Below, in pieces: positions 45,473 to 53,934 of a stretch of DNA of 64,000 nucleotides. The notes beneath the pieces were generated by a model, which worked only from the letters and a program-made list of their open reading frames with translations, did no database searches and was not told the origin of the DNA. The translations under genes and the position numbers were made by a program. This DNA is from Woeseiaceae bacterium (lineage in GTDB: Bacteria; Pseudomonadota; Gammaproteobacteria; Steroidobacterales; Woeseiaceae). Position 1 is the stretch's first letter, and each line of letters begins with the position of its first letter. The stretch spans positions 39,959-103,958 of the forward strand of contig JAHEFE010000004.1 of assembly GCA_024640365.1 (NCBI GenBank). Direction: 5' to 3'.

Positions 45473-45988
45473 ATGCGTTACCCTATCTGGACGAGCGCTT
45501 GTCTTATTGCTCTTGGGGCCTTCAGTGTGGCCCTGGCCGACCCCCTGGTGGACGAGGTGACTTGCGCGGAGATTGGCTTTAGCAACGCTGCGGAACATCG
45601 CGATCTGAACGCTTTTAAGTCATTCATTGATGCCGATGCCCGTTTCGTGGGCGCTACTGTGATGGTGGGCCCGGAGGCCGTCGCCGCCAGTTGGGAACCT
45701 TTTTTTGAGGACGGCGGACCCTTGATCAGCTGGCGGCCGCTGATCGTTCAAGTGAGCAAGGAGGGTAATCTCGCGTTGAGCCGCGGTGCTTACCAGGTCA
45801 GCAGCGTGGGCGCGGACGGAACAGCGAAAACGGTTTGGGGAACATTCAATTCTGTCTGGCGCAAGGACGAGTCAGGTCGCTGGAAAGTATTATTCGATAT
45901 GGGTGGAGATCACGGCAAGAACCCTTCAGATGCTGAACTTGCTCTGTTCGATCAAACATACGCTTGCGGTACAAACCATACCGGGTAA
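45473..45988 (+). CDS. Secreted NTF2-like (DUF4440/SnoaL-like) protein
   Basis: Start at MRYPIWTSACLIALGAFSVALA (signal peptide) with GAGAGGA upstream. C-terminal WGTFNSVWRKDESGRWKVLFDMG is typical of the fold. Confidence 0.6.
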   Translation: MRYPIWTSACLIALGAFSVALADPLVDEVTCAEIGFSNAAEHRDLNAFKSFIDADARFVGATVMVGPEAVAASWEPFFEDGGPLISWRPLIVQVSKEGNLALSRGAYQVSSVGADGTAKTVWGTFNSVWRKDESGRWKVLFDMGGDHGKNPSDAELALFDQTYACGTNHTG

Positions 45989-46021
45989 GCCACCCACTGA
46001 CTAACCCGGTACATGTCTTCT

Positions 46022-47923
46022 CTAGTCGCGTTGGCGGCGATTACTATTGCGTGCCTTGCTCGATGTCTTGGTACTTGACGAGCTTGAGCTCTTTGGCGCC
46101 GGGCTAGCCTGCGGACTGGCTTGCCTCGGTGCCGACCTTGGCGCAGGAGCCTGGCGCTGGCTTTGCGGTGCTGCGTGCTCACGTTGTACACGGGTAGGCG
46201 CTGCCTGTCTTACCGAAGGTGCCGGTGCCGAGCGAGCCGTTTGAGTGGGTGCTGTGTGCCGCACTGAGGGTGTTGGAGCAGTGCGAGCAACCTGCGAACT
46301 ATATCGCTGCGGCGAACTCGAGCGAGCGACCGGCTGACGTTGGACCTCACGCGCGCTGGAACGGTTTGCATTGTTGGCAGTCTCGAATGAACTCCGAGCA
46401 TCAGTTCGAGCGGTCGTTCTACCCGTTACCGCCGTCCTGTTTTGTTGGCCACTGGCTTGTGCCGTTTGCCGAGTCGGGGCGACAACTGCGGTCCGGTTCA
46501 CTGGTGCGCTGGGGCGTTCGCGAAAGGCGGTCGTTGGTATCTCGGTACTACGGCGTCCAGTTCGTTCGCCGCTGCTTCTTGAAACCGCTGTGTTGCTGCG
46601 CGATGCGTTATTCGTACGGTCTCGCAGGGCTGTTGAATTGCTTGCCTGGCGGCTACCAGTCGCGCGTCTGTCTGCTGCTGTACTATCGCGATTCGTTTCC
46701 AGCCTATTTGTCGCCGAGTGCCCGGCAATAACTGCAGACGGAACATCTGTTTGGCGCGGCTGCGGACGGCTATTACCGTTTCTCGATGTTGCGATGTCCG
46801 GACCGCTACGATCATCGCGCGAGGAATTGCGCGAGGAATTGCCGCCAGCGCTTTGCTGACTATGACGAGTATTGCCTGATGCTGCGGCACGCTCCGTCCC
46901 ATTACTGCCATCATAACGAAGGCTGCTGCGATTGACTGAATCACGGCCAGTATCGCGACGACTGCGGGAGCCTGAACTGTGACCAGCATCGGCCCGCCAC
47001 ACATCACCGTCCCTGTAGTGATCGCGTCCATGGTCATCGTGATGGCGATTGTTGCCGTAATAATTATTCACGTACACATTTACGTCAGGGCGGCGGTAAT
47101 AGTGGTACCCGTAGTTGTAGCCATAATAGGGGTGACCGTAGTAACTATTGTGATAAACGGATACGTAATGCGAATGCCAGGAAAGGTAATACGCAGAGGT
47201 TACGCCCCAGAAAAAGCCGCTGCTGAATGAATAGTCGACCGCGTACGGATAGTAGTAGACAGGATACGGACGCGGATAATAATAGTAGGCGGGTGCGGTT
47301 TGATAAACGACAACTCGCTCGGGTTCGTAATAAGGCACATAAATAACGTCATCTTCGATCGGCGTAATTTCAATAATATCGTCGTTATTTGTTACGACCT
47401 GGTGTTCATCGGTCTTAAGGTTACCCGCTGCATAGGCGCGATCACGGAATGCCTCGACCGCAGTAATAACATCCGCTTGTTGATCAGCGACTGCATCGCC
47501 AAGCTGCGCTGTCCAGATCAGATCCTTATTCAGCATTCTGACCACTTCAGGATAGTTGAGGAGCGCGACGATGGAGTCGTCCCAGGCCTCGTCAGGCTCC
47601 AGTGTGGCGTCAATTTCCAGGTCGTCGAGGAAGCGCGCTGCGAGAACGATTTGCAATGGGTAGGTGGATGCAGGCAAAACGATGGCCAACAATTCATCGG
47701 GATAGAGTGCCACCGGCCCCACGAGCGTTTGCAGTTCCTGCGCGGTCAGTAACACCGGCGTAACGGTCGCTTCGCCAGGCGATTCGGCGACCGCATCAAT
47801 AGTCGACAGCTCGACACCATTCTCGTCAACCGGGACTTGCGCAAAGCTTGGATAACTAGCCAGAGCGAAGAAACTGATCGTCCCTAGCAGGGTAACAAGT
47901 GCGGATTTTTTGATAGTGTCCAT
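46022..47923 (-). CDS. DUF3300-family secreted protein with Tyr-rich segment and long low-complexity tail
   Basis: Signal peptide, then LVGPVALYPDELLAIVLPASTYPLQIV...ALLNYPEVV (DUF3300 signature). Next comes a YYYYPRPYPVYYYPY.../YYGHPYYGYNYGYHYY block, then about 330 aa rich in S/R/T/A/N/P. Confidence 0.8.
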   Translation of the reverse strand: MDTIKKSALVTLLGTISFFALASYPSFAQVPVDENGVELSTIDAVAESPGEATVTPVLLTAQELQTLVGPVALYPDELLAIVLPASTYPLQIVLAARFLDDLEIDATLEPDEAWDDSIVALLNYPEVVRMLNKDLIWTAQLGDAVADQQADVITAVEAFRDRAYAAGNLKTDEHQVVTNNDDIIEITPIEDDVIYVPYYEPERVVVYQTAPAYYYYPRPYPVYYYPYAVDYSFSSGFFWGVTSAYYLSWHSHYVSVYHNSYYGHPYYGYNYGYHYYRRPDVNVYVNNYYGNNRHHDDHGRDHYRDGDVWRADAGHSSGSRSRRDTGRDSVNRSSLRYDGSNGTERAAASGNTRHSQQSAGGNSSRNSSRDDRSGPDIATSRNGNSRPQPRQTDVPSAVIAGHSATNRLETNRDSTAADRRATGSRQASNSTALRDRTNNASRSNTAVSRSSGERTGRRSTEIPTTAFRERPSAPVNRTAVVAPTRQTAQASGQQNRTAVTGRTTARTDARSSFETANNANRSSAREVQRQPVARSSSPQRYSSQVARTAPTPSVRHTAPTQTARSAPAPSVRQAAPTRVQREHAAPQSQRQAPAPRSAPRQASPQASPAPKSSSSSSTKTSSKARNSNRRQRD

Positions 47924-48374
47924 TGTTTACTCCAGATGAAGTCCCACTGACTCCAGGTTATTCTTCTAACCAGTGACGCTAGCTTATGCCGGCGTGCCTG
48001 AACGCTTCCTTAACGTGTAGCCAAGATTGTGGGAATCTTCTTAAGTTACTGACGTTAATGGATATAAGGCGTAATAACTAGATATATATGACGCCAAACC
48101 GCGTATTTTCCCCCGTATTGACATCTGCCCAATCCGCGGCCCCTACGCGGAAGCCGGTAATCAAAGGGTGGGAGTGTTTTTTTAGAGGAAATGGGCAGCC
48201 AGCCAGGTTCCAGCGGGTGTTCGCAAATTATCCACAAAACGGCCAGATGAAGTGCCCCGATCACCGATCTATTAAACATAATTTTTGGCCTGAGCCATTG
48301 ATTGTGATGCGGAGCCATGCGAGTTTTGCTAATGAGTTGGCCTGGCGCCATTTAACTGAGGGAAGAAACTGGAT

Positions 48375-48728
48375 ATGAGTAACGTTCAACTGATTCGTTT
48401 TGATGGCGGGAACCAACCAGCGGCCGAGAGTGCTCCACCAAGTACTGTCATTAAAGGCAATCCGATGACCACGACACGCAATTTTTATGCGGACAAGAGT
48501 AATCACTTTTTCTCCGGTATTTGGGAATCGACGGTTGGTAAATGGGAGATTAACTACACCGAACATGAGTTTGTTCACATGCTGGCCGGTAAGGCGATAC
48601 TTACCTCGGCTGACGGCGTAGCGGAGACTTTTTCGGCAGGTGATTCTTTTGTTGTTCCCGCTGGGTTCAAGGGAACCTGGGAAAGCATTGAACCGGTCAA
48701 AAAACTCTATGCTATATACGAAAGCTGA
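48375..48728 (+). CDS. Cupin (DUF861/EutQ-like) protein
   Basis: 117 aa. SGIWESTVGKWEINYTEHEFVHMLAGKAILT...GDSFVVPAGFKGTWE pattern. Confidence 0.7.
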   Translation: MSNVQLIRFDGGNQPAAESAPPSTVIKGNPMTTTRNFYADKSNHFFSGIWESTVGKWEINYTEHEFVHMLAGKAILTSADGVAETFSAGDSFVVPAGFKGTWESIEPVKKLYAIYES

Positions 48729-48748
48729 TCGCACTGCTGTTTTTTCGA

Positions 48749-49432
48749 TTAGCGATGTATTTCCGGTAAGAAAGTTTGCAGAAGATTATTGCGGCCGAGC
48801 TCGGTCATAGGTGCGGCAGTCGTGCCTGCTGGAATCTGACTCTGCAAATCGTTGAGCGTCATGTAATCGGGGTGGTGTATTTCGGCAATTGTCGCGTAGC
48901 GATACTCTGCGCCGTCCCTGGCAACCAAAAACTCGTAAATGCTGATGGCCAGCACCGACAGGTCGGCTTCGGGCATAAGCTCACGTAAAAGTGATGATGT
49001 CCGCAGGTCTATGTTCGCAAGCAGTAATTGTTTTTTGTGTATTGTCCAATTGGCATTCCGGAAAGTGATACCAATTGAGCCACCCTCGCGAATTATTTGC
49101 TGTTCGCGGGCGAGATGCGTTAGAGCATCGTCAGAAAAGAGAACAATGGCGAGAGTACGGGTAATTCGGCTGCCATTGTCATTTTCGCTGTATAGACTGG
49201 ATACGCGGCTCAATTCATCCTGACGAATTATTTTGACACCATAGCTGCCAAACTTTTTCAGAATATTGTCGCTATTGAGAACTCTGCCCGAGTTTGCTAC
49301 GGAGCTCAGTGACGCAGCAGACCCTGTTACCTGACCATGCGGCGCGGGACATGCGCCTAGCAGAAGGCTAAGCAGGGTAGCCAGCAGCAGTCGCGCGCTC
49401 TGGTTATTTAATGATTGGCTCAAGCGCCGCAT
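48749..49432 (-). CDS. Hypothetical lipoprotein
   Basis: 227 aa with signal and lipobox LLSLLLGAC. No recognisable domain. Confidence 0.55.
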   Translation of the reverse strand: MRRLSQSLNNQSARLLLATLLSLLLGACPAPHGQVTGSAASLSSVANSGRVLNSDNILKKFGSYGVKIIRQDELSRVSSLYSENDNGSRITRTLAIVLFSDDALTHLAREQQIIREGGSIGITFRNANWTIHKKQLLLANIDLRTSSLLRELMPEADLSVLAISIYEFLVARDGAEYRYATIAEIHHPDYMTLNDLQSQIPAGTTAAPMTELGRNNLLQTFLPEIHR

Positions 49433-49536
49433 TCTCCGTCACCCGTGTTTATGGTGGACGTGAGATTAACGCGTATCGCGATAATTTTCACGATCGGCGC
49501 AAGGAATAATTACTTAGGGCAACTTTTCGACGGGGT

Positions 49537-50355
49537 TCAATATCCGGTCATGCCACCAGGACGTGATCGCAGCAATTTGAATTTGCTGTAGCCCATGTCG
49601 ATGTATGGTTGCAGGGGAAAATCAACCATACCCAGTAATTGCCGCTTTTTGATGGGCTGCGAGCACTGAAACTCACCGCCGTTAAATTTGTTAATTCGAG
49701 ATATGGAGAGATAACAAAGTTTAGACGGGCAGGTCAGTGCGCATCCTGCGTTGGCGAATAGAATGATGCGATCTTTTTGCTCGACCTCTTCCAGAAATTC
49801 TAAATCCTCATTTAATCGCATCGGCAGTACGACTGAGTCATACAGCGTTAGTGCCTCTTCAATTTTTTTGTGGGATTTGATGTTCTTGATGACGCTGGCA
49901 TCGAGCGAATAATTTGGGTAATCGTGCCGAATCCAGCGGGCGAGGTCGTCATTCGTTGTAATTATCGAATTACCTTTACGATGATATTTATCGAGTAGCG
50001 TCTGGCACTCGTCATACTCATCTCGTTCTGCGAAGTGATTGGACATTGGAATTCGCAATCCAATACCGGCGTTGTTCAGTTGCAGTACATCCCTATCAGA
50101 GAGTTCGCGTTGTGAATAGCCGCGTCCACCATACAAACTGCATGGCTCAACGAATCCGAAAATGCTTTCAATTTCGCGTAGTGCAATATTGCCGTATTGA
50201 TTACGTAAATAGGCAAATATCGGCATCGAGGGGTTTTTCCCTCGAGCAGAGATTGTGTATGTTGCCTTTGGGGTATCAAGGGGTTGGGCTTTTGTAAAAA
50301 TACGCTCGTAGGGTATTTCACTTTTGCCAGTTGCTTCGCCTGCTTGTGTATTCAT
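49537..50355 (-). CDS. Hypothetical protein with CX3CX4C motif (lower-GC gene)
   Basis: Start set at MNTQAGE; the ORF track allows 50397. Contains NAGCALTCPSKLCYLS plus three more Cys. Visibly more AT-rich than its neighbours. Confidence 0.55.
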   Translation of the reverse strand: MNTQAGEATGKSEIPYERIFTKAQPLDTPKATYTISARGKNPSMPIFAYLRNQYGNIALREIESIFGFVEPCSLYGGRGYSQRELSDRDVLQLNNAGIGLRIPMSNHFAERDEYDECQTLLDKYHRKGNSIITTNDDLARWIRHDYPNYSLDASVIKNIKSHKKIEEALTLYDSVVLPMRLNEDLEFLEEVEQKDRIILFANAGCALTCPSKLCYLSISRINKFNGGEFQCSQPIKKRQLLGMVDFPLQPYIDMGYSKFKLLRSRPGGMTGY

Positions 50356-50395
50356 TGCCCCGTTCCCTTCGCCATTTATTATAATAATGCACTGC

Positions 50396-50423
50396 AAAAA
50401 GGGCCGGTGGTTGAGGCCGGCCC
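50396..50423 (-). terminator. Rho-independent terminator (minus strand) after hsp20
   Basis: On the minus strand: stem GGGCCGG / CCGGCCC, 9-nt loop, then TTTTT. It begins 8 nt after the hsp20 stop. Confidence 0.65.
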
Positions 50424-50430
50424 GGTAACT

Positions 50431-50880
50431 CTAGTTCACAGATATTTCTATCTGCGCGGGTTTTGTTGCTTTCACTTTTGGCAAGTGAACCTTCAAAACA
50501 CCATTTTTTGATTCTGCAGATATCTTTTTTTCGTCGATATCGGACGGGAGTGCGAAGCTTCTTGAGAATGTTCCGTAGAAGCTTTCTATGCGATGTTGGG
50601 TTTCATCATCGGATTCCTTTTCCATATGGCGTTCGCCACTGATGGTCAACATCCCGTTCTCAATAGAGACATGCACGTCCTTCTTGTCTACTTCCGGTAG
50701 CTCTGCTTTGATGACGTAGTCGTGTTTTGTTTCGCTAATATCGGCAACTGGCCTCCAGGCGCCCTCGATATCCGAAAAATCCAATTCACCCGTCACAGGG
50801 TCACGTCTACGTAACAAGCGGTTATAACGATTAAAAAAGCCCTCCATGTCCTGGAATGGGCTCAAACTAACGAGATTCAT
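50431..50880 (-). CDS. Small heat-shock protein (Hsp20/alpha-crystallin, IbpA-like)
   Basis: Alpha-crystallin core: WRPVADISETKHDYVIKAELPEVDKKDVHVSIENGMLTISGER...GVLKVHLPK. Start chosen at MNLVSL because GGAGGG lies 8 nt upstream. An alternative ATG at 50895 lies inside that SD. Confidence 0.85.
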   Translation of the reverse strand: MNLVSLSPFQDMEGFFNRYNRLLRRRDPVTGELDFSDIEGAWRPVADISETKHDYVIKAELPEVDKKDVHVSIENGMLTISGERHMEKESDDETQHRIESFYGTFSRSFALPSDIDEKKISAESKNGVLKVHLPKVKATKPAQIEISVN

Positions 50881-51110
50881 CCTTGTGCCCTCCATATCGT
50901 ATTGATAACCAAGCAGTTATTCCCTGAAACAATTCAGGGCACGACGATGATCACACGATTAATTTGTCGTTTGTATCCGTATAAGTGCTGATCAGAAATT
51001 ACCACTCTGGGAGCTTGAACACGTTGCAGGTATTCGGCTTGAGTTATGGGTGCAGCGGGGCTTAGGATAATGTCCCAGGCTGACGCATCCAGCCCTGGAA
51101 GGTCTCTCCT

Positions 51111-52124
51111 ATGCGCGCGATGATCCTGCTCGAAAATGCCTCACTCAAGGACAATCCGTCGCCACTGATTATGGCGGAAGTGCCGCGCCCGGAACCTGGC
51201 GAATATGAATTACTGATTGAGATATCAACCTGCGGTGTGTGCCATACGGAACTGGACGAAATCGAAGGGCGGGCACAACCGTCTATATTGCCGATCATTC
51301 CGGGTCATCAGGTGGTTGGCACTGTCGTAGCGCTGGGGGCGAGGGTCACACGGCATGGGGTTGGAGAGCGGGTCGGCGTGGGCTGGATTCACTCATCGTC
51401 CGGTGGTCTTGATGAGAACCTGAGCCCGGACTTTAGAGCAACTGGGCGAGACCACAACGGCGGATATGCTGAGTACATCGTTGTAGGCGAGCGTTACGCC
51501 TACAAAATCCCTGATATTTTTGATGACATCACTGCAGCGCCCTTGTTGTGCGCCGGAGGAGTCGGTTTTCGTTCATTCCGGCTAACGGGTCTACAGAACG
51601 GACAGGCGCTCGGTCTTACTGGATTCGGAGGGTCCGGCCATATCGTCATGCAGATCGCTCGCTATCTGGTGCCCGATAGTCCGGTTTATGTCTTTGCGAG
51701 GAGCGAACAGGAGCGGCAGGCGGCCCGGGTCTTGGGGGCCAGATGGACCGGGCACACGGAGGAAAGTCCGCCAGAACTGCTGGACGCTATTATTGATACA
51801 ACGCCAGCATGGCGACCCGTATTAGCAGCTATGGAGCGCTTGAGGCCAGGAGGGAGGCTGGTGATCAACGCTATTCGCAAAGAGGATACAGATCGCCACG
51901 TGCTAGCGGAACTCAGCTATTCCCAGCATTTGTGGATGGAAAAAGAGATCAAGTCAGTCGCGAATGTGACAGCTGACGATATTGAGGAGTTCCTGGAGGT
52001 TGCCGCGTTGATCCCGATTCGGCCACGGGTCAAGGTTTACTCCCTGAGTGAAGCCAATGAGGCGCTGCGGGATCTGGCTCATGGGAGTCAAGCATTGGCT
52101 AGAGTGTTGAATATAAAACAGTAG
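51111..52124 (+). CDS. Zinc-dependent alcohol dehydrogenase (MDR family)
   Basis: CGVCHTELDEIEG (catalytic Zn), GHQVVG, and the GLTGFGGSGH nucleotide fold. Confidence 0.85.
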   Translation: MRAMILLENASLKDNPSPLIMAEVPRPEPGEYELLIEISTCGVCHTELDEIEGRAQPSILPIIPGHQVVGTVVALGARVTRHGVGERVGVGWIHSSSGGLDENLSPDFRATGRDHNGGYAEYIVVGERYAYKIPDIFDDITAAPLLCAGGVGFRSFRLTGLQNGQALGLTGFGGSGHIVMQIARYLVPDSPVYVFARSEQERQAARVLGARWTGHTEESPPELLDAIIDTTPAWRPVLAAMERLRPGGRLVINAIRKEDTDRHVLAELSYSQHLWMEKEIKSVANVTADDIEEFLEVAALIPIRPRVKVYSLSEANEALRDLAHGSQALARVLNIKQ

Positions 52125-52143
52125 AATAAACAAAGGAGTAGTA

Positions 52144-52386
52144 ATGAAACTTAATGTCAAGGCTTTCGGCTTTGCTTTCGGAATAATGTGGGGCTTTGGT
52201 GTCTTTTTCGGAACCTGGTATCTAATTTTCCTCGAAGGTTACAGTAGTGAGGTTACGCTCCTTGGGCATATTTACCTCGGCCACACCCTCACGCCGCTTG
52301 GCAGTATTATCGGATTACTATGGGGTTTGTGCGACGGTGGTATCGCGGGGCTGGTGTTGGCCTGGCTGTACAACAAGTTTGTCTGA
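52144..52386 (+). CDS. Small hydrophobic membrane protein
   Basis: 80 aa with 2-3 predicted TM helices. AAGGAG SD 6 nt upstream. Confidence 0.55.
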   Translation: MKLNVKAFGFAFGIMWGFGVFFGTWYLIFLEGYSSEVTLLGHIYLGHTLTPLGSIIGLLWGLCDGGIAGLVLAWLYNKFV

Positions 52387-52415
52387 AAGACTTTGGGGCA
52401 GGCAGTCGAGTGTGA

Positions 52416-52862
52416 CTAATGCTGGATAGACTCCAGGTAATCGACAATAGTGTTTATCTTCGCCTGTACATCGGCTTCTGTGGCCTGCACATCACCTTGA
52501 TGCTGAGCGAACTGCTCGCCCCAAACGGGCATCTCGCGCAGAAAGTGTTCTTTGCTTTGCTCGCGCCCATCTACAAGGCTCACAACAGCATCGCGAGGAA
52601 AAATACCGCCGTTCCGCTGCGCAATCTGGCGCAGATCCTGCGGGCTAATATTCATCACAACGGCACCGTGACCGTCGCCTTCCCCATAGGGTCCATGGCA
52701 GTTGGCGCAGTTACGGGCGAAAAGGGTTTCGCCGTCATTAGCTGGCGTAGTTGCACAACTCAAAACCAGGAATGCGGCCGCCAGAGACGGTATAAGCCAA
52801 CGCGAAGACTTGGATACTGATGTCATTGTCACAGTGTAGTTCCCGTTGCAGTCGGCTGCCAT
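52416..52862 (-). CDS. c-type monohaem cytochrome (probable lipoprotein)
   Basis: CANCHG haem-binding motif with a distal Met region. Possible true start at MTSVSK (52826), followed by lipobox LVLSC. Confidence 0.75.
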   Translation of the reverse strand: MAADCNGNYTVTMTSVSKSSRWLIPSLAAAFLVLSCATTPANDGETLFARNCANCHGPYGEGDGHGAVVMNISPQDLRQIAQRNGGIFPRDAVVSLVDGREQSKEHFLREMPVWGEQFAQHQGDVQATEADVQAKINTIVDYLESIQH

Positions 52863-52895
52863 ATGGATATCACGCAGCGCTTTGCTGTGCCTTTG

Positions 52896-53330
52896 TCAGT
52901 CTTGTTTGATGTCGATTTCGAGGGTTTTCGCTGCAGTCATAGAATTAGTGACGAGGCAGGATTGTTCAGCCTTTTCGAGCAGCAAGCGAGCCCGTGCCTC
53001 GTCCGTTTCGGCAGGTATCGTCAATTTCGCATGCAGGCGCAGTTCCGTAAACTTCAAGGTTCTTTCAACTTTATCCAGGATTCCATCTACGTCACAACTC
53101 AAGCTCAACCACTCTAGCTTCGAAGCCCTCGCGATAGCTTTAAAAGACAAAATAAAGCAGTTCGCAACAGCCCCGGTAAGCATGGTCTCGGGTGACCACA
53201 GGTCACCGGGCCCTCCAAATTCAGCGGGGGCGGCAGTTTCCATCGCGGGCAGGTTAGGGCTGGTGACCGTAACATTGCTGGATGTCCCGGTGGCTGCCTT
53301 TACGAGATAATGATGAGGAAAGTCGTGCAT
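52896..53330 (-). CDS. OsmC/Ohr-family peroxiredoxin-like protein
   Basis: Start at MHDFPHHY with GGAGA upstream; the track allows 53366. SPETMLTGAVANCF and EQSCLVTNS are the two conserved Cys motifs. Confidence 0.75.
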   Translation of the reverse strand: MHDFPHHYLVKAATGTSSNVTVTSPNLPAMETAAPAEFGGPGDLWSPETMLTGAVANCFILSFKAIARASKLEWLSLSCDVDGILDKVERTLKFTELRLHAKLTIPAETDEARARLLLEKAEQSCLVTNSMTAAKTLEIDIKQD

Positions 53331-53548
53331 GTTTCTGGTCTCCGGTTTTGTTGTTTCATGCGCCATGCGGGGTCTAAATATGTTGTAATTCTGCAGCGAT
53401 TACAAGTAATCCAGAAGACTGGCTTGTACTTACGTTTTATCGATCGGCGGAAGTTCGAGCGTAACGTGCTTGCAGTTCTGTCGAGGGTTGATAACTGGAG
53501 TAAACTGCAGGTCTTCGTGCCAGACGATGAGAATCGAGAGTACGCGCC

Positions 53549-53905
53549 ATGAATAAGAAATTGCTGTGCTACCGCTGCGGTGAATCATTATCCGGGCTGA
53601 CCTTGCCGTTATCAAGGCAGGACGAATGCCCGCGCTGTGCAAGCTATATGCACGTTTGCCGAATGTGCGAAAATTACGATGCTACGGTTACGCGGCAATG
53701 TAAGGAGGATGGCGCTGAGGATGTGCTGGAAAAGACCAGGCCGAATTTTTGCGACTGGTTTATTGCCAGTTTTGATGCCTTTAATGGCAAGGAAAAAGAA
53801 TTGGAAGATCGGGCACGAAGAGATCTTGATGCCTTGTTTGGGGGCTCGGGGAGTGGCAATGAGACAGCAACAGGTACGAGCGATGCGGATAAGCTTTTTA
53901 AGTAA
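53549..53905 (+). CDS. Cys-rich zinc-ribbon protein (conserved hypothetical)
   Basis: 118 aa with CYRCG...CPRC...CRMC...C...C arrangement. Confidence 0.6.
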   Translation: MNKKLLCYRCGESLSGLTLPLSRQDECPRCASYMHVCRMCENYDATVTRQCKEDGAEDVLEKTRPNFCDWFIASFDAFNGKEKELEDRARRDLDALFGGSGSGNETATGTSDADKLFK

Positions 53906-53934
53906 CGGGAGTAATCCCTGGAACCGACTGCATT

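Noticed and set aside
46047-46859. Several plus-strand ORFs (65-170 aa) inside the DUF3300 tail
   Set aside because: They arise from the low-complexity, GC-skewed repeat region. They overlap one another in different frames and are antisense to the DUF3300 gene.
49537-50355. Peptidase U32 / UbiV-like assignment for the CX3CX4C protein
   Set aside because: The U32 signature (E-x-F-x2-G-[SA]-[LIVM]-C-x4-G-x-C-x-[LIVM]-S) does not fit. The Cys spacing differs and only the trailing C-x-L-S matches. I left it as hypothetical.
50961-51090. Sigma32 heat-shock promoter upstream of hsp20
   Set aside because: I found no CTTGAA-N13-17-CCCCATNT-like arrangement on the minus strand. The only CTTGAA is on the plus strand.
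53310-53552. 80-aa plus-strand ORF between osmC and the zinc-ribbon gene, ending in an ATGA overlap with the latter
   Set aside because: Its first part overlaps the osmC 5' end. There is no SD before any of its Met codons and no recognisable motif. A shorter 64-aa version (from 53358) cannot be excluded without conservation data.
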